From an uncultured delta proteobacterium (GTDB taxonomy: Bacteria; Desulfobacterota; Binatia; UBA9968), in assembly GCA_963816145.1 (NCBI GenBank), contig CAWFJP010000011.1:128001-192000 (forward strand): a DNA stretch of 64,000 nucleotides, in the 5' to 3' direction. The notes below the pieces were generated by a model. That model was not told the DNA's origin. It saw only the letters and a list, made by a program, of their open reading frames with translations, and ran no database searches. The translations under genes were made by a program, and so were the position numbers. Within the stretch, counting starts at the first letter, position 1; the number at the start of each line of letters is the position of its first letter. Below are positions 28,164 to 38,931 of the stretch, one piece after another.

Positions 28164-29036
28164 ATGAAATTCGCCACGACGAAATCGGATGGTCTCGCCA
28201 TCGTCCAGAATGACACACTGATCCCCATAACCGGCGTGCTCGCCAAGGGTTCAACCATGATCGATTTGATCGCCCAATACGAGCAAATCAAAGGCCGCTT
28301 GGCCGACCTCGCCGCCCGGGGAGGCGGCAGCAGGCTCGACAGCAAGCTGCTCAGCGCGCCGGTCGAACGGCCGTCGAAGATCTGGGCCGCCGCGGGAAAC
28401 TACAAGCGCGGCACCGGCGGACTCGATGACGCTCGCGGCCGCGGCACGGCGTCCAAGACCTCGCCGGACGAGCTTTTGGAAAATATCTTCTTAAAGCCGC
28501 CCTCAGCCATCGCCGGCCCCGAGGACAACATCATCATTCCGAAAAATGCCGACTCTGTCTTTCCCGAGTTAGAGCTTTGTGTGGTCATCGGCAAGAAAGT
28601 CCGTAATTTGACCAAAGCGCAAGCGCTGGATGCGGTGTTCGGCTACACCATCATGCTCGACGTCACCGCCCGTGGCTACGGCTTGAGCAAAAATATGTCG
28701 GGCACGCGCAGTGTCCGCAAAGGTTTTGAAACCTTCGCCCCCATTGGCCCATGGATCACGACCAAGGACGACATCCCCGATCCGCATAACCTGTGGATGA
28801 AACTGTGGATCAACGGGGAACTCAAGCAATCGGCCAAGACCGACGCCATGATCAACGACATTACGACCCAAATCAGCTTTCTGTCCGAGGTGACGACCCT
28901 CTATCCCGGTGATCTCCTCACCACCGGCAACCCGGACTCGCCGGAGTTTCAGGAAAAACTCAAACCCGGCGATGTCTTGAAATCGGAGATCGAAGCCATC
29001 GGCGCCATGACTCAAGGCGTCGCCAAAGAAAGTTAG
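28164..29036 (+). CDS. Fumarylacetoacetate hydrolase family protein
   Basis: 'FLKPPSA', 'ELELCVVIGK', 'GYTIMLDVTAR', 'KGFETFAPIGP', 'PGDLLTTG'. Confidence 0.92.
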   Translation: MKFATTKSDGLAIVQNDTLIPITGVLAKGSTMIDLIAQYEQIKGRLADLAARGGGSRLDSKLLSAPVERPSKIWAAAGNYKRGTGGLDDARGRGTASKTSPDELLENIFLKPPSAIAGPEDNIIIPKNADSVFPELELCVVIGKKVRNLTKAQALDAVFGYTIMLDVTARGYGLSKNMSGTRSVRKGFETFAPIGPWITTKDDIPDPHNLWMKLWINGELKQSAKTDAMINDITTQISFLSEVTTLYPGDLLTTGNPDSPEFQEKLKPGDVLKSEIEAIGAMTQGVAKES

Positions 29037-29058
29037 TCAAATCGCGGATTCAAAAATA

Positions 29059-30382
29059 ATGATTCGTATCGCACCCTTTCGAGCCCTGTGCTACAGCCGG
29101 AAAAAAATCAAAGACTTGAGCAAGGTAATCGCGCCGCCCTATGACGTGATCTCCAAGGACGAACAAGACAAGCTTTACAAGAAGTCGGCCTATAATTTCG
29201 TCCGTCTCGATCTCAGTCAAGACCCCGACTCGTACAATGCGGTCGCCCAGTTGCTCGGCGAGTGGCAGAACCAAGGTGTCCTTGAACGCGATGAAACACC
29301 CGCGATCTATTTCTCCTCGCACAGTTTCAAGCTCAAAAGCGACGAGCAGAAGGTCCGGCTGGGATTTTTCGCCCTGACCGAACTGCAAGATTTTTCCACC
29401 GGCGCGATCAGGCCCCACGAAAAAACCCTCGACGCGCCGAAAGAAGACCGGCTGAAGCTCATGCTCGCTTGCCATGCCCAGTTGAGCCCAATCTTCGTTC
29501 TCTACGCCCAACCGAAACAGACGGTTCAATAGAATTCTCAGCGTCGCCGTCGAGGGCATGGCGCCTTTTATCGAAACCGAGCTGGACAGCGGCGACGAAC
29601 TCAAACTATGGCGTGTCAGCGACCCTGCGGTGATCGCAAAAGTCCAGGCGGAAATGGCCGAGCAGACATTGCTGATCGCCGACGGCCACCATCGTTACGA
29701 GGCCACCCTGCGCTACCGCGACCAGCTGCGCAGCGAGCACGGACCTGGCACCGGTAATGAAGCGTATAACTTTATCTTGACCTATTTCGCCAACATCGAC
29801 GACGACAATGTCGTCATCCTGCCGACCCATCGGCTGGTGCGCGGCTTCACCCACAAACCGTTTTTGGAATTGGAAGAAGCGCTGCAAACCTATTTTTACC
29901 TCGAACAGCACCCGAAAACCCCGGAAGGCAAGAGCTCGTTTTTGAAAGCGCTCAAGAACGGTGCCAAGAAGCATCGCGTCATCGGCGCCAGCTTCAAGCG
30001 CGATCCGCGCTATTTGATCCTACGGCTGAAAAACAAGCGCATCATGCAACGGCTGGCCAAAGACTTGAGCGCACCGCTCAGAGAACTCGACGTCAGCACG
30101 CTGCATTTGTTGATCTTGGAGCATATCCTCGGCATGTCGCCGGCGGAGCAAGTGGGCGGAACCACTATCCGCTACTCGCAGGATGATGAGCTGGTCTTGC
30201 AGGCGCTTGAGAAAGAAGACTATCAAGCCGCGTTCATTCTTGCCGCGACCAAGAAAGATGAGATTCAAGCCATCGTCGCCGCCAACGAAAAAATGCCGCA
30301 GAAGTCCACCTACTTTTATCCCAAGCTCAGTTCGGGACTGATCGTCAATAAGATTGATGTCAATGAGCAGATCCCAACTTAA
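29059..30382 (+). CDS. DUF1015 family protein, split by one +1 frameshift near 29525
   Basis: 'PPYDVIS', 'IRPHEKT', 'IADGHHRY', 'LPTHR', 'MPQKSTYFYPK'; removing one T in ACGGTTCAAT joins the two ORFs (TVNRILSVAVEGMAP). Confidence 0.85.
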
Positions 30383-30454
30383 ACCAGCACGGCCTAAATA
30401 CTAGCGGACTATAAATCGCATCGTGGCGGTCGCCCTTAGCCACCTGAAGGGCTC

Positions 30455-30550
30455 CTACACTGTAAACGGATCGAGTGTTATCGAACAGAGCATCGCTAGA
30501 ACGCTTTCGCCAACGAGGTTAAGAGTTTGCAGAGTTTGTTGGTTAAGCAT
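30455..30550 (-). pseudogene. istB: istB remnant (only ~12 IstB-like codons, then unrelated sequence)
   Basis: RBS GAAAGGA then MLNQQTLQTLNL, typical of the IstB N-terminus; no Walker A follows. Confidence 0.65.
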
Positions 30551-32395
30551 CGGAGATTTTCCTTTCACGTTTTGGTTATCGTTACACTGGGGATGGTCTA
30601 CCCCTTACCCCCATGGCGTGCGTGCGTTAATGAGGCTTTAAGCGCGTCGTTTTTTTCTACGGTCCGGTAATTTCACTGGTCAGTGGTAATACTGGCCGCC
30701 GCGGATGTTGTCGTGGGTGGGCAGTGTTGCGGTCGAAGATTCTTTTTCTTCCAAGCGATCCAGGCCGTTCTCCAGGATTTTGCGCAGCGCTTTGAGCGAG
30801 AGATTGGAGTAACGCAGCGCCCGAGCGGCGGCGTTTTCCAGACGCTGCCCAGGATAATGTTTCTCCAGATTCAAAATCCCCAGACAAGACCGATAACCTT
30901 GTTCGGGGTGAGCGCGGCTGTCGATGATGGTTTGAACGAGTCGAGCCGTATGGGGACCGGTCTTTTCGGCCCAGCGGATGAAGCGGTCAGGACTCCATTC
31001 AGAATATTTGCGATGGGCCGGCGGCATATGCTCTTTGAGGGTGGTGTGCCGATGGGGCAGATAGCTTCGGACATGGCAGGCCACCCGCTGTCCCTTTCGC
31101 AAGACCTCCACGGTGTGAGCGGTAAACCGGACGTGGAGCTTTTGCCCTCTCAGTTCATAGGGCACGCTGTAGTAGTGATCGTCGACATCGATATGATAAT
31201 CGATGTGGACGGTGGCGATCTTCCACTCGGCGTATTCGTAGGATTTCTGCACCAGGGACAAAGCGTTGGGCTGATCGAAGAGTAAGAACAGCTCGCGGCG
31301 CGATTGCTTGAGCTTGCGCAGGGTTCGATTATTTAAACGCTCCAGCAAATCACTAATGGCTGTATTGAGATCGGCCAGGGTGTAGAACTTGCGGTGGCGT
31401 AAGACCGATAGGATCCAGCGCTTGGCAATGAGCACCCCGTTCTCGACCTTAGCCTTGTCTTTAGGGCGCGCCGGCCGGGCTGGGATAACGCAGATGCCAT
31501 AGTGAGAGGCCATGTCGGCGTAGGTCGGATTGATGTCGGGCTCGTAGCGGCAGGCGCGGCTAACCGCGCTCTTCAGACAATCGGGGACCACGACTTTGGG
31601 AGCGCAGCCGAAGTACTCGAAGGCTCGAACATGGGAGCCGATCCAGTCAGGTAGTTGCTGGGTCAGACTGGCTTCGGCAAACGTGTAAGTGGACGCGCCC
31701 CAGACCGCGACAAACATCTCGGTCTTGATCGGATCGCCGCTCTGCGGGTCGATCAACGAGAGCCCTTCGCCGTAATCGACAAACAGTTTCTCGCCGCCCT
31801 TGTGGTCTTGGCGCATCGAATAATCGAGCTTGGAGCGGTAGGCGCGATAGAGCTGGCAGAACTGCGAGTACTGATAACCGTCAGCCTGTTGTTCCCGATA
31901 CTCGCGCCAGAGCTGATCGAGGGTGAGATTGAACTTCTTGTGGGTCTTTAGCTCGCGGTAGATGTAATCGAAATCTGGCAGTGTTTTGGCCGGCGCTTCG
32001 ACACAGACCAATGGCGGAAACAGTTTTTGCTCCAGCGCCTCTTCGGTCAAGTCTTCGGGCAAAGGCCAGGATAACCCAGCCTTCTCGGCCCGCTGTTGAT
32101 AGTTGGTGACGGTGCTGCGGCTCAAGTTTAAGCTCAGCGCCACCTGCCGCGTGTTCAGATGAGCGTCGTGGGTCAGACGCAGAACATCTCTGATCTTACG
32201 CATGGATAACCTCGTGTTGGCCATTGAACCCCCTGGTTTTTGACCAGGGAGGATAACAGCCCTGTTATCCAGCGTCGCTTGGTTTAGCTTACCCTAAACA
32301 GGGGTGCCGATTTGCTTCGGAACCAGTGCCGATTTCGATCGGAACGAGTGTCGTTTTGCCAGCGGATTGGGTGCCGTTTTGGATCGGAATATGCG
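30515..32395 (-). mobile_element. Truncated IS21-family element (left end + istA; istB and right end lost)
   Basis: Four ~22-bp tandem GTGCCGWTTT...CGGAA repeats at 32304, 32326, 32348, 32371 ending GGAATATGC. Confidence 0.85.
30680..32224 (-). CDS. istA: IS21 family transposase IstA
   Basis: 'MRKIRDVLRL', 'GYQYSQFC', 'GEKLFVDY', 'VPDCLKSAV', 'PKDKAKVE', 'HDNIRGGQYYH'. Confidence 0.95.
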   Translation of the reverse strand: MANTRLSMRKIRDVLRLTHDAHLNTRQVALSLNLSRSTVTNYQQRAEKAGLSWPLPEDLTEEALEQKLFPPLVCVEAPAKTLPDFDYIYRELKTHKKFNLTLDQLWREYREQQADGYQYSQFCQLYRAYRSKLDYSMRQDHKGGEKLFVDYGEGLSLIDPQSGDPIKTEMFVAVWGASTYTFAEASLTQQLPDWIGSHVRAFEYFGCAPKVVVPDCLKSAVSRACRYEPDINPTYADMASHYGICVIPARPARPKDKAKVENGVLIAKRWILSVLRHRKFYTLADLNTAISDLLERLNNRTLRKLKQSRRELFLLFDQPNALSLVQKSYEYAEWKIATVHIDYHIDVDDHYYSVPYELRGQKLHVRFTAHTVEVLRKGQRVACHVRSYLPHRHTTLKEHMPPAHRKYSEWSPDRFIRWAEKTGPHTARLVQTIIDSRAHPEQGYRSCLGILNLEKHYPGQRLENAAARALRYSNLSLKALRKILENGLDRLEEKESSTATLPTHDNIRGGQYYH

Positions 32396-32918
32396 TCGAA
32401 CCGCACGACCGCTTGAATGTCGTGCGAAAACCAACCGCGACTAAGCGCTAACCAGCCACCAGAGTCCAACAAAAACACGCCCCTGTACTATTCACCACGG
32501 CAGTTCTCGGCGCGTATTGCTTCACGTACACGGACAACGGGTGGACACCAGTGATTATCTGCCTAGTGAAGCTAAAGCAGTTGTATTGGAGTCAGCGATC
32601 TCTGAGGCTAGGCCTAATGCGTGGCTGTGGCCCTGGGAATTTCCTGACAACATAAAGGGGGATAGCCGAAATTCTATCGGTCAAATCCGAACTGGTCCAG
32701 AATGTATTTCCCTCAGTAATCTAATAGCAACACAATTTAGAGACGATTGCATCTCGAACCGGGCATCACTAACTCAATAGTGAATTGGATACGGATGGAG
32801 CAATTGGTGCGGGCGGAAATTGATCCGCAAGTTTTATCTCGATTCGTCGTAAAGGTTCCGTACCATTCCTTGGCCAATAGTCTCGTGGGACAAATGACAG
32901 GCAAATTTTGCTTACACA

Positions 32919-35855
32919 CTAGGTCAAGGTGAACTCGCCCTGTTTGAGTTGCTGAATCTCGTCTTTATTTTTTTCAATGGCAACTTTCATAGCTCTATAT
33001 CCGAGTTCACGGTATGCTTCGAACTGCTCCTCGGCGAAAAACTGATCTGCCGTTGTTTGGTTTGGAAATGTCCTATGTTGACGCGCATAACCTAGGACAT
33101 CCTCAGACAAACCGGGGAATAGTGTGCTTTTAAGATAAATCACCGTCCCTAGATCATTCCTTTCTCGATTGTACACAATTTGTCCCACCGAGAAGGAAGA
33201 ATCAGATAATTCAATTCGGTCCTTCGTGTCCTGCTTGGGTTTTTCCCTCAGCTTGTTAGATGCAGATTCATTTGGAGAAAGACTATTCGTATTAACATTA
33301 ATATCAAAGCCGAAATCTACGCGGACTCGTTCGGTTGCCTTTGCTAGATCAGAGAACGAATGTTGGGGATCCGCACCAGCGTCGCTGACAATTATTAGAC
33401 GACATTTGCGACGCGCAAGCTCGTACAGGCCCAAATTCTCGAAATGGCCCCCGTCGGACAAACGCACAAGACTCCATGTCTCTTTCGCTTGAGCACACAT
33501 TTCCTTGATCATTAGCAATAACCAGCTTTGCTGAATTTCTTCTCTTAACCATTCGAAAAGGACCTGTAAACGGGCCGGTAATTTGCTTCTCAACCAGTCA
33601 AAACCACGATGTTTGTCGTTTGGATTCTCGCACCAATACCCGAGTCGGGCATTCAGCCATGTCATTACAATGCGTAGCGGCCAAGACCGAGTCGCGCCGG
33701 TATTGGGATCAACAGCGGCACCCGAGATTGCAAGAGCAGTGGCCAATGTCATCCCAACAAACTTATCCTTTGATGTCGCCCAGCCCGTTGCCTTCGATCC
33801 CACAAACAGAGGTGAAAGAATAAAGCTCTCGCCACCGCGTAGACGACGTTTGTTGTCCTTGGAGCCAACGGTCACCAGATTTGTGTTAATGATATGATAT
33901 GGTGCTCCCGTTTTGCCGGCGTCTATCTCCGAAAGCCTTAAATTAGCAACCATCGATCCTTTCTCTGTTGCTTTAGTGAGATCCATGCGTTCATTGAATA
34001 GAAATGCTTCCACTAGACGGTTGCGATAGTATCTGTGCATAGATACATAGTTGACATCTGTCTTTGCAAGTCGGATGTAAAGCAATAACCATGCTATTAT
34101 CAACCACCAGCTAGGACTCAGCTCACCACCCCGCAAATATATCGCGCATCGGTATGTTAACAAAACAGCCGCGGTGATTAACAACACTAAACCGAAGCTT
34201 AACAATACGGCGACATAGCCCTTCCGCTCATTGTCGCGAGTCCTGCTGCGCCAACCGATAACGGTGGTAATCGCTCCGGTTATGGATACCGATGCTAGTA
34301 TCTTTCTGCCTATAATGGAGAGCGCTCCCTGATCGACTAAAAAGTAGTCTGCCAAAGGAACTGCGCCGATCAATGTAAACACCACGCCGAGACTGAGCAG
34401 CATGCCATGTTCGTTGGCAAAGAAACGATCACCGCCGAATTGTAGGCGGAACCTGCCGGTGGACAACACCGAGTAAAAAAAATAGTTGACCACCAATTTC
34501 AATATTAAAATCATCCCGATCGCGAAGAAAACGACAAAGACTGGCTGGTAATGCGTCAGGATCGGAACAATTGTGGCTTGTTTATCAAAATCAAAGAGCG
34601 AAGACGGCAGACTGACATAGATCAACCAAAATACGATAAACCAGGCGGCAATCTCAATGATCTCAATGAAGCAAGAGCTACTATTTTCGGGGGCGATAAT
34701 ACGTGCAATCAAGGTTGCGCCAACAATGATCAGTGGCACACACGACAAAGCTGGCAAAGAATATTTGATTGGAATCAAAACGTAGATTGAGCAAGCAACC
34801 AAAACCACTTCGGCAAACCCAATTATTGCTAGATATCTCGCAGTTCTGTCTTCTGAACCTGACAAACTTTCCCCCAGAAGCACACCAAGGACAATCATCG
34901 GTGGTAGCATCAGAAAAGCTAACGAATATTCCACCCATGGCCTGGCCATGCCGGGTCCGGTCGCCTCAAAGGCCGTTACACCCAACAGCAACCACAAGAG
35001 CATGCGGGTGGCGAAACTTAGTTCTGTATTTTGAGGGTCGATAAATCTTACATACCACCAGACAACTAGCATCGCTAAATACATGGTGAAGACCACAGGC
35101 CCATGGCTGTCTCGGAAATAGCTCAATAACGCTGGGGTCCAACTCGTCTTGGCTGTGAACACCCACATGAGGGAAAGGAGCGCCGGCACTAACAAAGAAA
35201 AATTCACAACGGCTCCACGTAGCAGTCCCGCCGCCAACGCCCAACGATTGAGACCGTCTCCAGGTGTCAGATAGGATGCATGTCGGCGAATCCATTCTAT
35301 TCGTCCAGCCGCATCATCTTTAGAATTCCGTTCAAATGGGAATCCACCCTTTAATTTTTCGAGACACCAGGTGAGCGAAGATCCGATGTAGCCACCGCCA
35401 GATACAGTGGACAGATAATCAATACATTCGAAAAATCCAGTATGGTAAAGAGCCTGAAGTACACCGAGGTTATATGCGGCGGAACGAATTCCACCCCCCG
35501 AGAGCGCAACTCCTATAAGCTTTTGGGGATGCGGATGTGAATTATATTGTAGGCACGCGCCACGAAACCATTTTACTAGTAGCTCTTTGCCTGCCTGCTC
35601 ATCAGTTTTGTTAAAAAGTTGCCCACGGGTAGTTTCATCAATTGCGGACCAGAATTCCTCTGTTTTTTCGTTTTCTTGACCAGCGCTCGAAAGCACCTTG
35701 TCTCGAAGTTGAATAAGCTGCGTTTTCAGTTGCGGTTGGATTTGATCGTCAATTTTTAACTGTCTAAGTAAGTGTTCCAGCAACACGCAATGACGTCGAA
35801 AACGGATTTGCCGCTCCTCCTCTACTTGTATTCTAAAAAAGTCTGAAGTTATCAT
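32919..35855 (-). CDS. Patatin/cPLA2-like phospholipase with a large multi-TM insertion
   Basis: Oxyanion 'ALSGGGIRSA', nucleophile 'YLSTVSGG', 'LSDGGHFENLG'; roughly a dozen hydrophobic segments between the halves. Confidence 0.88.
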   Translation of the reverse strand: MITSDFFRIQVEEERQIRFRRHCVLLEHLLRQLKIDDQIQPQLKTQLIQLRDKVLSSAGQENEKTEEFWSAIDETTRGQLFNKTDEQAGKELLVKWFRGACLQYNSHPHPQKLIGVALSGGGIRSAAYNLGVLQALYHTGFFECIDYLSTVSGGGYIGSSLTWCLEKLKGGFPFERNSKDDAAGRIEWIRRHASYLTPGDGLNRWALAAGLLRGAVVNFSLLVPALLSLMWVFTAKTSWTPALLSYFRDSHGPVVFTMYLAMLVVWWYVRFIDPQNTELSFATRMLLWLLLGVTAFEATGPGMARPWVEYSLAFLMLPPMIVLGVLLGESLSGSEDRTARYLAIIGFAEVVLVACSIYVLIPIKYSLPALSCVPLIIVGATLIARIIAPENSSSCFIEIIEIAAWFIVFWLIYVSLPSSLFDFDKQATIVPILTHYQPVFVVFFAIGMILILKLVVNYFFYSVLSTGRFRLQFGGDRFFANEHGMLLSLGVVFTLIGAVPLADYFLVDQGALSIIGRKILASVSITGAITTVIGWRSRTRDNERKGYVAVLLSFGLVLLITAAVLLTYRCAIYLRGGELSPSWWLIIAWLLLYIRLAKTDVNYVSMHRYYRNRLVEAFLFNERMDLTKATEKGSMVANLRLSEIDAGKTGAPYHIINTNLVTVGSKDNKRRLRGGESFILSPLFVGSKATGWATSKDKFVGMTLATALAISGAAVDPNTGATRSWPLRIVMTWLNARLGYWCENPNDKHRGFDWLRSKLPARLQVLFEWLREEIQQSWLLLMIKEMCAQAKETWSLVRLSDGGHFENLGLYELARRKCRLIIVSDAGADPQHSFSDLAKATERVRVDFGFDINVNTNSLSPNESASNKLREKPKQDTKDRIELSDSSFSVGQIVYNRERNDLGTVIYLKSTLFPGLSEDVLGYARQHRTFPNQTTADQFFAEEQFEAYRELGYRAMKVAIEKNKDEIQQLKQGEFTLT

Positions 35856-36169
35856 CCGTTCGTAAACGCCAACAATTATTATGGTCGGATTCGAGATTCT
35901 TGCTGCTGCAATTTGCCGTCAATATGCGGCGAACAGGAGAAGTGAGTCAAGGAGAAAATAGCGTCGAAAGAAACACCGCCAGAACGCACCAAATCAAGCG
36001 AAGATAAACCTTTGACTAGCTTTGACCTCGATCACGCAGCCACGCGCTATGGCCAATCAAGGGAGGTAGAAGAATCCCTCTATAGTGCTTTTCATATCAA
36101 CAGCTCAAGCCCGAGAAGAGCTATTGCCAAGATATATACTGATGATTTCGTATCCATTTTCTTTCCCGC

Positions 36170-36478
36170 CACCCCAAGCCTACTAAACCTCTTATCGGCG
36201 CCAGTGGCGCGATCAGCGGCGTTCTCGGCGCGTTCTTAATCGCCAATCCACGAGCACGGATCACTTTGGTGCTCGATCCGACGCTGATCTTTTTCTTCCA
36301 CCGCATTACAGTTCGGCTTCCCGCCTGGTTTTTCTTGCTTGGCTGGTTTCTCCTTCAGCTCCTCTTTGCGCTGAACCCACAGGCGTCAAGTGTAGCCTTC
36401 TGGGCGCACGCCGGGGGATTTGTAATCGGAATCCTCTTTGCGGTCGCCATTTATCGATACGTCTCCACCGGAAAATGA
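36170..36478 (+). pseudogene. 5'-truncated rhomboid intramembrane serine protease
   Basis: Frame reads PLIGASGAISGVLGAF...VAFWAHAGGF (catalytic Ser and His) but has an in-frame TGA at 36143 and no N-terminal half. Confidence 0.8.
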
Positions 36479-36621
36479 GCATTTTAGGTACGCAACTTTG
36501 GTCCATTCATGACCCCACTGAGCTGCGTCATTCCTCTAGAATTCACAAGCCTACCGCAGGGGCGCGGAGAGTTTTCCGATCAGCTCCGACAACGTCTGCG
36601 GCAGAAGGGAAACTGTCGAAG

Positions 36622-36921
36622 ATGGAAAATTTACAAGTAACAAAGGACATCCACGGGCGGAGGAAAACCCAGACTCTTCCGGGTGAGATCTTAGACGTGT
36701 CAGCAGCCGCGTTATTTCTCGGCATCAGCGAAAAGGGCCTGAGAGCAAGGGTGGCGCGGAGAATGATCCCGTTCAAACGATGGGGCGGGCGGGTTTGTTT
36801 CCTGCGGGCCGAGCTTTTGGATTTTCTCCGTAGTCTCGACGGCTGCAGCGTTGACGAGGCGTTACAAAACGGTCGCGAACGAAGTTCAGATCCTGAGCAA
36901 GATCAACTGCAAACTACGTAA
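36622..36921 (+). CDS. Excisionase-like HTH protein
   Basis: 'LDVSAAALFLGIS..GLRARV.RRMIPFKRWGGRVCF...EL'; directly upstream of the integrase. Confidence 0.8.
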   Translation: MENLQVTKDIHGRRKTQTLPGEILDVSAAALFLGISEKGLRARVARRMIPFKRWGGRVCFLRAELLDFLRSLDGCSVDEALQNGRERSSDPEQDQLQTT

Positions 36922-36929
36922 AGGAGACG

Positions 36930-38012
36930 ATGACTTTGGCCCGGCGCGGCGACGGCATTTACATACGAGGTAAGACCTGGTGGTTGGATTTTCGCCACCA
37001 CGGCAAGCGCCATGCTGTCAGGCTCGGTAAAGGAATCAACAAGACAGTGGCTCGCGAGCTTGCCGGAATCAAGCGCGCTGAAATCCTGAAAGGCGAAGCT
37101 GGCATAGCGCAGAAGCGAACTCATTTGCCATTTGATAACGCCTGCGAGGATTTTATTTCCTGGGCGAAGGCGAACAAACGGCCCAAAACGATTCAATCGT
37201 ATCGATACTGTGTCGGGCAACTCAAACGTTCTTTTAGCGGCAAGACGTTGGGACAAATCCAGCCGTTCGCTATCGAAAAACACAAGAAAATGCGGGTCGA
37301 AGAAAACGCGTCGGTGTCAGTGAACCGTGAACTTGCCGTGTTAAAGGCGCTGTTCAACCGCTGCACCGCTTGGGGTAAGTATTCGGGACCAAACCCCGTC
37401 AAGGAGGTCAAACTTCTAAAGGAACCGAAGGGGCGGCTCAGATATCTGGATGATGAAGAGGAAGCAAATCTATTGCGTCACGCGAGAGAACCCTTACGAA
37501 CCATCATCTTGGTCGGCATTTACGCAGGCCTGCGTATTCAGGCCGAAGCGTTAACGCTAAAATGGGAGGACGTGGATTTTCGCAGAGGTTTTCTCACGGT
37601 TAAAGCGGCGTACGCCAAGTCGGGCGAAGGCAGAGCTGTGAATTTGAACTCGGTCCTAAAGGTCGCCTTATAGCAATTGAAGGACCGGACCCGCGGTGAA
37701 TACGTATTTTCGAAGCCAGACGGCTCGCCGTACAAAAGTATCCGGTCGGCGTTCAAAACTGCCTGCAAGCATTCTAAGTTATCCGGCGTCACTCCTCATA
37801 TCCTGCGCCATACATTTGCCAGCCGATCAGCGATGGCCGGCGTGGATGTGCGAACGATCCAGGAACTTGGGGGGTGGAAAGAACTTGAGATGTTACAACG
37901 ATACGCGCATTTGAGCCCAAATCATAAATCGGAAGCAGTCGAGAGGATTGCCAATCATTTCACAACGCTACTCACAACACCTATTTCCGCGCCCACCAAG
38001 CACGAGAGTTAA
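36930..38012 (+). pseudogene. Tyrosine integrase interrupted by one in-frame TAG (37671-37673)
   Basis: RBS AGGAG; 'AGLR', 'KSG', 'PHILRHTFAS', 'LGGW', 'RYAHL'; the two ORFs share a frame. Confidence 0.88.
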
Positions 38013-38026
38013 GTTGTTGATTTCAC
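37731..38026 (+). repeat. 296-bp direct repeat copy A (integrase 3' end plus att-proximal DNA)
   Basis: Aligns without gaps to 40211-40506; ~18 mismatches counted by eye. Confidence 0.92.
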
Positions 38027-38027
38027 T

Positions 38028-38297
38028 TGACCTCTTCGACAATTGCTTCGCCGTCAGCTGGTGCTTTGCCAGCAAGTGGTCTAAGTTTAAAATCGCGGTT
38101 TATCGATGATGGCCTCCTCGCCCAACCCGATCCCGGCAAGTCGCCGCACCGACTCGATGTCCTATAACGAGTTTTGCATCTCGGGATTGTTTAACCCATA
38201 CCACTGCGGAAAAAAAGTAACACCCACACCGTCCGTTCCAATCGCATCGGTCGTGGTCCGCTCCCGGCTTTTAGGCGGTTATAAGGCTTGATCACAG
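38028..38297 (-). pseudogene. Degraded IS5-family transposase fragment
   Basis: Across stops and frameshifts reads VIKPY..KAGSGPRPMRLER..YFFPQWYGLNNPEMQNSL*DIESVRRLAGIGLGEEAI...HLLAKHQLT, matching the IS5 N-terminal signature. Confidence 0.75.
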
Positions 38298-38348
38298 AAG
38301 TGTTTTTGTATAGCGTATAGTGCAACTATACAGCCTAAAGAGCGGCGC

Positions 38349-38627
38349 GTGATTGAGAGCATAAAACACAAAGGACTTAAAAGGCTGTATGAGAAAAACG
38401 ACCGCAGCGGAATCCGGCCCGATCTGGTCGACAAGGTACAGAAGGTTTTGTCCGCCTTGGACGCGGCAGAAAGTCCACAAGACATGGTACTGCCGCTGTT
38501 TAGGTTTCACCCGCTGACAGGGAACCGGCGCGGCACCTACGCCGTTACCGTAAAGGCCAACTGGCGTATTACGTTTAGCTTTCGCCAAGGCGCTGCTTGC
38601 GACGTGGATTTAGAAGATTATCACTGA
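38349..38627 (+). CDS. higB: HigB (RelE-family) toxin
   Basis: 'IKHKGLKRLY', 'FHPLTGNRRG.YAVTVKANWRITF', 'DLEDYH'. Confidence 0.93.
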   Translation: MIESIKHKGLKRLYEKNDRSGIRPDLVDKVQKVLSALDAAESPQDMVLPLFRFHPLTGNRRGTYAVTVKANWRITFSFRQGAACDVDLEDYH

Positions 38628-38640
38628 CGGAGGGCAACCG

Positions 38641-38931
38641 ATGCCGATGAAAAAACCCAACCATCCTGGCGATCTTATTCGCGATTGTCTTGAAGAACTC
38701 AAAATTACGGTAACCGACGGGGCTAAGGCGCTCGGCGTGACGCGCGCAACGCTCTCCCGCATTCTGAACGCTAAGGCGAGCGTGTCCCCGGAAATGGCCG
38801 TACGTCTTGAAAAAGCGCTCGGCAGTTCGGCGGGCTTCTGGCTTCGGCTTCAGCTGAACTACGATTTGGCGCGGATACAGGCCCGAAGCGGAAAAATTCA
38901 CGTGCACCGTCTTGCCCCACAATCCCCCTAA
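38641..38931 (+). CDS. higA: HigA antitoxin
   Basis: 'HPGDLI', 'AKALGVTRATLSRILN', 'SPEMAVRL', 'FWLRLQ..YDL'. Confidence 0.93.
   Translation: MPMKKPNHPGDLIRDCLEELKITVTDGAKALGVTRATLSRILNAKASVSPEMAVRLEKALGSSAGFWLRLQLNYDLARIQARSGKIHVHRLAPQSP

Noticed and set aside
29520-29560. Programmed frameshift in DUF1015 (and in the sigma54 regulator near 50970)
   Set aside because: No slippery sequence; single-base indels fit sequencing error, though true pseudogenisation is not excluded.
30436-30446. AGCCACC as the displaced 5' fragment of tRNA-Thr (island left att)
   Set aside because: Only 7 nt match; expected by chance.
32304-32394. Four ~22-bp tandem repeats as a mini-CRISPR
   Set aside because: No spacers and no cas genes; position and sequence fit IS21 terminal transposase-binding repeats.
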